Positions 53,263-64,000 of a stretch of DNA of 64,000 bases are shown one piece after another; positions within the stretch are counted from its first letter, which is position 1; each line of letters starts with the position of its first letter. Location: positions 148,056,001 through 148,120,000 of the forward strand of contig NC_042997.1 of NCBI RefSeq assembly GCF_006345805.1. The letters run 5' to 3'. This DNA is from Octopus sinensis (Eukaryota). The translations under genes were made by a program, and so were the position numbers. The notes under the pieces are model-generated. The model did no database searches. It was not told where the DNA came from and saw nothing but the letters and a program-made list of their open reading frames with translations.

Positions 53263-53773
53263 CGGTGAGAGTGAGGGAGAGGAAGAGAGAGACTTATCTT
53301 TGACCGTGAACGTGCTCTTGTATGGCGTAATAACTTAACATGTATCCCTTGGGAGATATTAAAATGTCTGCCTCAATATTAAACAAAACCCTATATACAT
53401 TAACAAGTGCATTACAAGTGTATATATCAACAAATATATTTATGCACAGAGGGAAAAGAAATACAACCATAGACGCATCCTTTTTGCATGCGTAGACACA
53501 GTAATAATGTATTGCACTGGTTTATTAGCAGTTAAGAATGCTACATAATATTTTACAAAGTGCCGACTAATTACATGCCGACACATAAGTACATATACAC
53601 GCGTACTCTCTCTCTCTGCCTCTGTTTCTGTCTCTTTGTCTAAATCTGTCTGTCTGCCTGTCTATATATGCATACACGCACGCATATATATACACACACG
53701 CACACATATATATATGTATGTGTATGTATGTATACATATATACAGACATACATACATACATACATACATACAT

Positions 53774-53831
<58 letters not shown>

Positions 53832-53836
<5 letters not shown>

Positions 53837-53930
53837 TAATCCAAACGGGAAAACAGAAAAAACAACACGTGGAACAATTACAGTATTATTATTATTATTA
53901 GGCGCTCAGGAAAATGGAAGAAGGAGGGTG
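53832..53930 (-). mobile_element. 3' tip of the 59661-63665 Penelope family
   Basis: GTTAATCCAAAC..CACGTGGAACAATTA..CGCTCAGGAAA..GAAGGAGGGT is the reverse complement of 63558-63665 and abuts (TA)n. Confidence 0.8.
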
Positions 53931-53932
53931 AA

Positions 53933-54263
53933 GGCGCATGGCTCAGTGGTTAGAACGTCGAGCTTACGATCGTGAGGTTGTGAGCTCGAATCCCGGACCA
54001 GGCTGCGTGTTGTGTTCTTGAGCAAAACACTTTATTTCACGTTGCTCCAGTTCACTCAGCTGTAGAAATGAGTTGCGACGTCACTGGTGCCAAGCTGTAT
54101 CGACCTTTGTCTTTCCCTTGGATAACACTGGTGGCGTGGAGAGGGGAGGCTGGTATGCATGGGCGACTGCTGGTCTTCCATAAACAACCTTGCCCGGACT
54201 TGTGTCTAGGAGGGTAACTTTCTAGGTGCAATCCCATGGTCATTCATGACCGAAGGGGGTCTT

Positions 54264-54270
<7 letters not shown>
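53933..54270 (+). mobile_element. tRNA-derived CORE-like SINE, full length
   Basis: TGGCTCAGTGG A box, CTCGAATCCC B box, TTCTTGAGCAAAACACTTT, LINE-like 3' tail. Confidence 0.88.
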
Positions 54271-54307
<37 letters not shown>

Positions 54308-54310
<3 letters not shown>

Positions 54311-54682
54311 CAGCGTCTTTAGTTGAGCAAATCGACCACAGGACTTACTCTTTGTACGCCTAGCACTTATTCTATCGGTCCCTTTTACCGAACCACTAAG
54401 TTACGGGGACATAAACACTCCAGCATCGGTTGTCAAGCGATGCTGGGGGGACAAACACAGACACACACACATACACACACACTCACGCACATATATATAT
54501 ATATACATATGCATATATACGACGGGCTTCTTTCAGTTTCCGTCTAACAAATCCACTCACAAGGCTTTCGTCGGTTCGAGGCTATAGAAGAAGACACTTG
54601 CCCAAGATGCCACGCAGTGGAACTGAACCCGGAACCATGTGGTTGGTAAGGAAGCTACTTACCACACAGTCACTCCTACGCC
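54308..54682 (-). mobile_element. 19554-type SINE
   Basis: Reverse complement of the 19554 family. Confidence 0.9.
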
Positions 54683-54694
54683 TATACGCGTATA

Positions 54695-54900
54695 TGGGTA
54701 CACGACAATACAAACCGTAAACAACATGAAATATGAAAACAGATGTGTTAAGTACGCAAAGAACGAGAGAAACAAATGGAAAACAAGACAAGTAACATAA
54801 TGAACGACCTTTCATCAGTTGTCGGCTGTCCATCTTCTTGTCATTTCGAGCATTGTCATACATTGGCATAGTCATGTGGTTAAGTTCCCAAAGCTGCTCT
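54695..54900 (-). mobile_element. Repeat 3' end with hammerhead-core words (probable PLE end)
   Basis: Minus strand GCTC-GAAA-TGAC..GACAA-CTGATGA-AAGG followed by a U-rich tail. Confidence 0.4.
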
Positions 54901-55479
54901 GCAGTAATATTTTAGTAGAAAGGAATCAGTGTAGAAACTTTTGTAAATATGTGCGTGTATATACACTCAAGCACGAGCTCACGCACAAAAACACACATAC
55001 ACACACACACTCACACATGCGCTCATGCATACGCACAATCACACACAAGCAGATATATGTGTGTCTGTGTGTGAGTGTATGTAGGTTATGTGTGTGTGTG
55101 AGTATTCATGCGTGTTTGTGTGTATATATCTATGCGTACGTGATATTTTCCTCGTCCTAGCGCATTCCTAAATACCAACGTTTATTTTCTAGTGTCACTT
55201 TCTCTCCCATAACTTTGGAAATTCAACAACGTAAGATGGATAAAATATGTACAAGACTGAAATAACTACTAAGGTCAATATGATCAAGTAAACCTTGGAA
55301 ACGATTCATGTAGAACTTTCTTCTTTAGTTTTTTGGCGTCTGCCAAGAGTGTGTTTCAGTATAGTCTGTTCCATTTTTCCTTCTCTTAGGTTTGAGCATA
55401 TCTTATACATCCATATTAATTTGAAGTTTTGGTTCGAGTACAACGATTACGGGGGTGATTACAACGACACAAGTAAACA

Positions 55480-56102
55480 ACTAGTACTTATTAATATTTT
55501 ATTTATCTCGAAATGATAAACTAAACATCAGCCGAATTTGAACTCCAAACGTAAATACGGACGAAATACCGCTAAGAATTTTTTCGGCGTCCTAACGATT
55601 CTTTTAGATCGCCGCCATATCTTATCCATCAATATTAGATTATCAGTACATAAATAATACATGTAACACCCTTGATAGCAGATCGATATATAGTAGGGGA
55701 AATGCCTTGAATCTGTTTATATTTCATATAACATATTTGAAACACAATTTATTCTCCCGTAATCCAATCGGGACTGTATGACATTGCACATTTGGTTACC
55801 TCTAAGTACAAAAAGGTTCCCCAAAACGTTACTGCTTACGTAGTGAAGTACTGTCATCTACGCGTATTATGGTATCCAGTGGCATATTGGTTTAACATTT
55901 TAGTACAAGACCAGCAATTTCGGAGGAGGGAATGAATCGATTGCATCGGTCCCCAAGTACTGAACTGATACCTATTTTATGGACACCGAAAAGATGAAAG
56001 ACAATGTCAACCTCGGTGGAATTTGAACTGAGAACAAGGAGACTGATGAAATGTCGCTAAGCATTTTGCCCAGTATACTAACGACTTTTCCAGCTTGCCA
56101 CC
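55480..56102 (-). mobile_element. Two degenerate Nin-domain-type SINEs (55480-55616 and 55885-56102)
   Basis: GAATTTGAACT..GACGAAATACCGCTAAG..CGCCGCC and AAAGATGAAAGACAATGTCAACCTCGG..GAATTTGAACT. Confidence 0.75.
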
Positions 56103-56369
56103 TTGTAGTACCCAGCTACTTATTGGTTATTAGCAGTATTGACAGAGCAATGGAAATTCATACGGCGGTATTAGATGTCAATATGAAATTACATAGATAA
56201 AATCCTGCTATAGTTGACTTAACATTTCATCCAGAAAATTTATACTTATGAATATTAGGCCACGTATTAGTGGGGTTCATGGTGCATCCCACTTGTTATT
56301 TACTTTATAGTATAGTATTTTCATGTAGCCCTAGGTCTAAAAATCAGAAAATTGATGTTGCCAGAAAAA

Positions 56370-58440
56370 CAACTTGGACGGCAGATACATGTATGGACTT
56401 TTTGACCCCGCCCTCTTTCTTCTTCAGCCTTTCGGCCTTTCTTCTTCAACTATGCCCGGTACCTCACATTCTTTTCGATGTTTATTGCTAACATTGAACA
56501 TTCTCATCTCGGTGCGAAGGATCTGTAAAAGAGAGGTGTAATCGATGTAGTGAGATCCTTTATTCCTGAAAATAGGTGTGTTGTCGACAAGACAATCGTA
56601 GAAACTTTTAGGAAGCATGCAAAATCAAAAGGTGGAAGTGGTTCAACTGGAGCGGGAAGTAGCTGTCTGCAGACAAACTACAGTGTCTATCAAAGATGAA
56701 CAAAATCAGGTAAAGAACGAGCCAAATTCCTTAAGGCTACATTTTGTGTAGCGGGAATGTCTGATGAAGAAGACAAAGGACTGCAACATCGGGATGTTCG
56801 CCCTTGTGAAATTGCGACCAGCGAGAAACTTGTCTCAAGGACCATTGCTGCTATCAAGCGCTTCAACAAAACTTTCAACGTCTCAAATGATGGAAAGTTG
56901 TACAATCTAACATCCGGCTCTCCAGCTTCGGAAGAATTTGCGAAGGACATCCTCACTGGAAGACCGCTGGTAGACTAGCAAAGGCAGACATCAATAGAAA
57001 ACACAATGAGAAAGGATGGCTTCTTTGATCCTATTAAACACCCAAATTGGAAAACCTTGGTACACATGCACAAGTCCATGAAACTCTTAATTTCTCAAAG
57101 CAAAGTTGTCGAGTACAAGCAGCAGAGAAACATAGCGCTTCACTTACTAGTGAAGCCTCAAGCACAGATTGATCGGAAGCTTGTCCTTCACAAACTGTTG
57201 ACTGGCAGTCAGGTTTTTAGCAAAAACAGTCAAATCGAAAAGCTTCAAACATGTTTTGAAAAATGTGCTGATGCACAGTTACCTGATCCAAGACAGAGCT
57301 TCATCATAGAGGATGGAACTGCAGTGTTCCATTACTTGCGTGAGATTCCACAAACATTCGGAGAAATATCTCGTAAGGTGTTGAGATCTGCGCTTCACCT
57401 GCTACCTGTCATATTTGGCACTGATATGTACAAGGAAAACTCTGTACAAGGGGTAGAACGAAACAGATGAGGTGTTTGACATATTCTGAGAGGTGAGAAA
57501 ACAAATCGTCCGAAAGATCGGAAAGTCTTTCTTGAAAATGATGAGAACAAGACACAGTTCATTCAGCTTTTACTCACAATTTGCAGGAGGGAGTTGTCTG
57601 CCGACATTCTCATCGGAAATGAGATGGTACTGATATGTGATACTTAACAGTTGATATTGGGTAGACATAACACATTCTGTCAAGAAATACACTCTCTCGA
57701 ATATTCACAGGAAATACTGACACTCGTGAGATCCTGTATTGCATGTATGCCAAAGGGGGATGCAAATCCGTTTGCGTGAGAAGTCCCGATTCGCACATTT
57801 TTCATCTTACTTCACCATACTAGATTCTTGGAAGGGCTTCAAACTCTGTTTGAAATTGGAAGACGACGCTCTATCGATGTGACCAGGTTCGCTATGTCAT
57901 CCACGCCTGTTCACTCTTCTACATTGCCAGGTTATCATGCTTTTACCGAGTGCGATAGTACCAGTGCCCTCAAAGAGAAGTGGGGAGCGAAGGGACTGAA
58001 AGTCGTTGAACCAGATGAATCATTCCAGAAAGCGTTCTCCAGGTTAGGGGAGTCTTACGAATTTGACGAGGAGGTGATGAATGAACTGGAGCGGTTCACA
58101 TGTGTGCTGTATGGTAACAAAAGGGCAAAAAAGGTGAATACATTGCAGTTCACAGCCTTACGAGCAAAGTACGGTGGGAAGGATAATTTCACAAAATCTA
58201 AACAAGTCCATCTCGCTTCATTGCTCCCATGTAGAAACTTCCTCGAGCAACATGTTCGGCAAAGCAACTTCTAAACCAAGATATAGAAGGTCGCGAACAT
58301 TGCAAAGCCTTCACTGCCTATACCAGACAAAGGAAATGGACGGACGATGGAAGTTGGAATCATGAAGCTGAAATGGGCAGAGGGTGATGTGATGCTTCGT
58401 CATTTGGTGGATATTGTGGAAGAACTTGAAGATGAAATTG
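56370..58440 (+). mobile_element. Academ (AcademX-type) DNA transposon remnant: transposase C-terminus plus XPG/FEN-like nuclease
   Basis: NYARYLTFF, VDKTIVETFRKHAKSKGG..YQR*, IIEDGTAV, FGTDMY..ERNR, FLENDENKTQF, VRSPDS, LPGYHAFTECDSTSA (H3TH GCD motif), LLPCRNFLEQHVRQSNF. Many stops and frameshifts. Termini not found. Confidence 0.78.
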
Positions 58441-59084
58441 CGCATCACATTCTGATCCTGATAGCGACAAAACTTAGTGAATGTTATTACCTAGACACGG
58501 TAGGATCGGACAGTGATACTTAAAGTGTTGGTGATGATTATTAATCGGACATTTGAAACGACACAGGAATTTAATAGCTGGTTCAAAAATAATGTCATCA
58601 TCATTATGTGGTGTATGTGGACGGAAGTAAGTCCAATGGATTATAAATTAATGAAACTAAGAACAGACATAAGATACAACCAGGTAAGAATTAGGATAAC
58701 TGCTTACTAGAAATTAGGATGAATGCTTACTGGAAATGTATTAATTATTTGATGTTTCATTTAAAATATTTATTCGGATGTACAGAGGTTATAGTAATAA
58801 TTCCTTGTGTTAATGGAATCTGAAAGAGGTTCAGAGGCGCATCTGTGTAGTGAGAGTCAAGTAATTCCTTCCGTGTTAAGCTACTTAACATTACTTTGGT
58901 GAATTCAGCTTTATTTGGATGACGTTTTCGTTAATTCAGCAAATTTACACAAAATATATGTAAGGAATATCTATCGTTCGTCCTTGCTCTCTTTTTCTCT
59001 CTCTTTTTCTTTCTTGTTTTCTCTTTCATTTGTTTGTTTGTTTGTGACTTTCTTTCTTTCTTTCTGTCTCCCTTTGGATCTCTC

Positions 59085-59158
<74 letters not shown>

Positions 59159-59161
<3 letters not shown>

Positions 59162-59663
59162 GGTGTCCCAAAAAATGCATACACACCTTAAATAATTGTA
59201 AATTTGGGGTTTATTATAATTCGAATAATTTTCAACATGTAAAAGAATTTACAAATATCATTCTATTGTCTTGTTATCGCATGTTCTCAAACTGATGTCC
59301 GTTCTGCTCCAGACACTGCTGACAACGCGAAGCGATGGAATGGCACACATCATGGAACAATTCCCTTGGGATATTCGTACATTCATGTTCCATGGTTGCC
59401 CTCAATTGAACGACTGTTGCAGGTTTCTGTGCGTAGACTTTGTCCTTTAGGTATCCCCATAAAAAGAAGTCTAGTGGTGTGAGGTCTGGTGAACGTGGAG
59501 GGTATTCGACAAAACCTCTCCGTCCAATCCACCTGTTTGGCAAGATCCCATCAAGAAAGGATCTAACATCGCAATGGTAGTGTGGAGGTGCCCCATCTTG
59601 CTGGAAATAAAACTCTTCCTGTTCAAATTCCTCTCTAATGCTTGGCATGACAGACTGTTGCAG
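59159..59663 (-). mobile_element. Tc1/mariner DD41D (rosa/Visitor-type) 3' fragment
   Basis: TA then the TIR CAGGGTGTCCCAAAAAATG at 59159. QQDGAPPH..PPRSPDLTPLDFFLWG has 41 residues between the second and third D. Confidence 0.92.
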
Positions 59664-60826
59664 TGGTCCGGGGTCGCCATGGGAACGAGAATGGGTCCCA
59701 ATTTCGCCAATCTCTTTGTTGGCTACATTGAGGCCCAAGTATTCTCCCAATTCTCCAGGCCGACCCCAGAACTATACGGTCGTTACATAGACGACTGTAT
59801 AGGCGCCACCTCCCTTTCCTGCGAACAACGCTGCCACTTCATCCCTTTCCTCTCTAACTTCCACCCCTCTCTACAATTCACTTCCACCATATCCAATACT
59901 TCCGTTAACTTCATAGATATCTCACTCAGCATCGACCACCCCTCCCACTCTCTCACCACCTCCGCCTTCTTCAAACCCACGGATTCCCACCTCTATCTCA
60001 ACTCCTCCTCCCATCCCTTCCACACCAAACGGGCTATCCCCTACTCCCAGTTCCTCCGCCTCCGACGCTTGTGCAGCCGCGACCAGGATTTCGAGACCCA
60101 GTCTCAATACCTGGCCCGCCTGTTCAGGCTTCGAGGACACCCACCTACCCTGGTCTTGAACGCCCTCGCCCGCGCTCGTCGCATCGACCGCACCACCGCC
60201 CTTTCTCCTTCCAATCACCCACCCCCCAACCGCACCCCCTTTCCCCTCCTTTTCCACCCCTCTACTCTACCCCTTCGTCGGAAGATACTTCGTGCCTTCC
60301 GTCGTCTCCAGCTCGATTCCACGACCCACCCCTGTCCTCCTTCAAACGAGCCCGGAATCTACGCGACCTCCTGGTCCGTAGCACCCTCCCTTCTTCCCCC
60401 TCGGCCCCACACGGATCCTTCCCATGCACCAGATCCCGCTGCAACACCTGTCCCTTCATCACCAACACCACTGCTGTCACCGGTTCCAACCGGCGAACTG
60501 TACGTATCAGGTATTCCTTTACGTGCACCTCGTCTGGACTCATATACTGCATTAAATGCAACCGCTGCAGGATGCTGTATATAGGACAGACGGGACGCCG
60601 GTTGTCAGATCGATTCACTGAGCATCTGCGGGATGTTCGTCTTTTTTCCAATTCTCCCGTCGCACGGCACTTCCGCTCAGCCAGCCATTCCCCCGATGAC
60701 ATCTCGGTGTTTGGTCTTGCCCCACACAACGGCTCTCCCCAATCTAGGCTTCACTTGGAGCAACGGTTCATATTCCTTCTACGGACTCTAACCCCACACG
60801 GACTCAACACAGCCCCCTCCTCTTAG
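59661..60826 (+). pseudogene. PLE reverse transcriptase and GIY-YIG endonuclease ORF, truncated and frameshifted
   Basis: QWSGVAMGTRMGPNFANLF, RYIDD, KPTDSHLYL, IPYSQFLRLRRLCS, frameshift near 60320, NLRDLLVRS, CTRSRCNTC, LIYCIKCNRCRMLYIGQTGRRLSDRFTEH, TLTPHGLN. Confidence 0.95.
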
Positions 60827-60914
60827 TGACTGCGCTCCACTTCTCCCCCGCATCTTTTATATTTTATTTTTAATTTTTTGTTTATTAATTATTATTTTTA
60901 ATTTTTTAAATTTT

Positions 60915-63375
60915 TATAATTGTCCTTATGCAGTCACACACAAATACTCACGTACCCACGTACACACCTACTCCCAACACACCACACACACACAACGTAC
61001 ATGCACATGTACGCACACATACTTCCACACCCATACACACACCCCCACACCCCCACGTGCAAACACACATGCCCGTGCACACACACCAGGGACAATACTC
61101 ATACAGATACGCACACTCCTATAAACACCTAGCTGGGACGCACAGATACACGCACGTAAGCGCACACACGCACATGTACCTTACGCCCACACAACTCCAA
61201 CCCCCCACACGTATACATTCACACACACACACATACATACACACACATAATACATACATAGATACATTCATACATACATACATTCACACACACGCACACA
61301 CATACATACATACATACATACATTCATACATACATACATACATACATACATACATTCATACATACATACACACACACACACATACATATATACACACACC
61401 TACATACACACACACATACATACATTCACACACACATACATACATTCACACACACACATACATACACACATACATACACACACATACATATACATACATA
61501 CATACATACACACATACCCACACACACACGCACGCACACATACATACACACACATACATACATGCATACATACACACACGTACACACACACATACATACA
61601 ACACACATACACACATACACACAAACATACATACACACACAAACACACAATCACATACATACACACATACACACACATACATATACATACATGCATACAC
61701 ACACATACACAAATACACACATACATACACACACACATACACACATGCATATATGCATACACACATACATACACACACATACATATACACACATGCGTAC
61801 AAACACGCACATACACACATACACGCATGCACACATACATACATATATACACATACACACACACTTACATACATACATACATACACACACACATACATAC
61901 ACACACATACACACATATAGATACACACATACATACATAGACACATATATACATACACACACATACATATACATACATACATACAGACACACACATGCAC
62001 ACATACACGCATGGACACATACATACATACACACACGCGTACATATACATACATACATACACATACACATACACACACACACTTACACACATACACCCGT
62101 CCATAAATACATACACACACACTTACATACACATACATACATACACACTTACACACATACACACACATACACACACGCATACACACATACATACATATAT
62201 ACACACATACAAACACACATACATACATAGATACATACATACACAAACATACATATACATACATACATACATACATACACACATACACACATACACACAT
62301 ACACACATACACACACACGCACGCACACATACATACATACACACACATACATACACACACACGTACATACATACATACATACACACAAACTTACACACAT
62401 ACAGATACATACATACATACATACATACACACACATACACACACATACACACACATACATACATAGGCACATACACACACACATATACATACATACACAC
62501 ATACACACACATATATATATATACATACATACACACACATACATAAACATACATACACACATACGTACATACATACATACACACACACATACATACATAC
62601 GTACGTACATATATACATACACACACATACATACACACATACATACGTACATACACACATACACACACATACATACATACATACACGCATGCATACACAC
62701 ATACACACACATACACACATACATACATACACACACGCATACATATACATACATACACATACACACACATACACACATACATACACACACACATATAAAC
62801 ACATATATAAGCCCCTACATTGTACACACACGCACACATATATACATACATTCACTCGCACGCACGTACACACACACGCACACACACACACATTTACATA
62901 TATATATACTATACACTCACACACACATACACGCGTACAAACACACACAAACTCACATACACACCGACATATATACATACACAATATACACCTAACCGTG
63001 CACGCACACATACACACAAACACATACAAACGCACACATACACGCACACTCATACACGTACATACATACACTCTCACACAAATAAACCCACATATACACC
63101 CCTACACACACACACGCACGTACAAGCACACACGTACTAGGTTACGCCACACACACACACTCTACGTATACACACACGAACACACACATGCACACACACA
63201 CACACTACAAACAACACATACACTATGATACATATAGCCCTTTGTTTTTTTACACAAACAGCTAGCAGTCATCACCACAGCTGGCTTTGTCATTACCTTT
63301 ATTCATCAAAAAATACACACACACACACATGCACGCACAAACACACTTGTCATCGTGCACACACACACACACAGG
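60915..63375. repeat. ~2.4-kb cryptic (CA)/(CATA) simple-sequence tract
   Basis: Direct reading: scrambled CA, TA and CATA units. Confidence 0.95.
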
Positions 63376-63524
63376 CATTCCCTTTTTTTGGAACTCTCTT
63401 GCATTATAAAACCATTTTTCAACTACCTCCAAATTCTGTTCTTTTCAACATGTGATCTCTTAAGCACCACCAGCTCAAATATTGTCTCCTCTGTCTTCCC
63501 TCCTTGGGATCTTTCCTTCTCCTT

Positions 63525-63559
63525 GTTTCCGACGAAAGGTTAAACTCGAAAGGTTAAAC
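63525..63559 (+). ncRNA. Degenerate minimal type I hammerhead-like motif
   Basis: GTTT-CCGACGA-AAGGTTAAACTC-GAAA-GG-TT-AAAC. Stem I is GTTT/AAAC. The core deviates from CUGANGA. Confidence 0.45.
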
Positions 63560-63661
63560 CCTCCTTCCCTTCTTTCCTGAGCGTCAATAATACTTTAATT
63601 GTTCCACGTCCTGCGTTGCTGTGCTTTTTTCTCTTTTTTTTTTGTGTATTCTTGTTTGGAT

Positions 63662-63699
<38 letters not shown>

Positions 63700-63700
<1 letters not shown>

Positions 63701-64000
63701 TTAAGGTATGTAGAAAAATACAACATGGACAAGAACGTATAACTCTTAGAAGACGACACAATAAACATGGACAGGACATTCGAACCCCTCAGTCTTCAGT
63801 CAAGAACCGGATCATCGTAGTAATTTCGGCTGATTAATCTTGAGATTACTAGATCACGGCCAGCCCTCCAAGAAAAACTAAGCAACGAGCATTAGAAAAA
63901 CTAAGCTGGAAGCGTAGATTTCCTGGAAGAAGGATCGAATGCATACGAACACCAGGACAGCAAAAGGGACAGATATAAAAGAACAAAAAACAATAATGGA
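63700..64000 (-). mobile_element. Repeat 3' end (probable PLE) of the 25932 family, running off the window
   Basis: The reverse complement aligns with 25932-26095 and ends at (TA)n 63666-63695. Confidence 0.7.

Larger units (their letters stand above)
59661..63665 (+). mobile_element. Penelope-like element (Neptune-type), 5'-truncated
   Basis: RT plus GIY-YIG coding region to 60826, a microsatellite-filled 3' region, a hammerhead-like motif at 63525-63559, and an end at (TA)n. The 3' tip recurs at 53832. Confidence 0.85.

Noticed and set aside
56320-58890. Candidate Academ terminal inverted repeats (TAG..CTA)
   Set aside because: No matching pair could be found by eye.

Overview
This is AT-rich, microsatellite-dense eukaryotic genomic DNA. 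The SINE, LINE and Penelope repertoire is most consistent with a mollusc, probably an octopus (inference). I see no intact host gene, and most of the ORF track is translated (TA)n/(CA)n repeat. The window is a transposon graveyard with Penelope-like elements (one long RT plus GIY-YIG copy at 59.7-63.7 kb and many 3' ends), HERO, RTE, CR1-like, R4/Dong and Tx1 LINE fragments, a mariner with perfect TIRs, a DD41D fragment, an AcademX remnant, Helitron-like MITEs and many tRNA-derived SINEs. Two less obvious signals stand out. First, a repeat 3' end present twice (25.95 kb +, 63.8 kb -) contains all three hammerhead-ribozyme core strands and all three helices in a non-canonical 3-2-1 order, with a compensatory base-pair change between the copies. 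Second, several apparently unique intergenic stretches translate, through stops and frameshifts, into decayed intronless class-A GPCRs. All family assignments come from manual translation and motif recognition. No searches were run.
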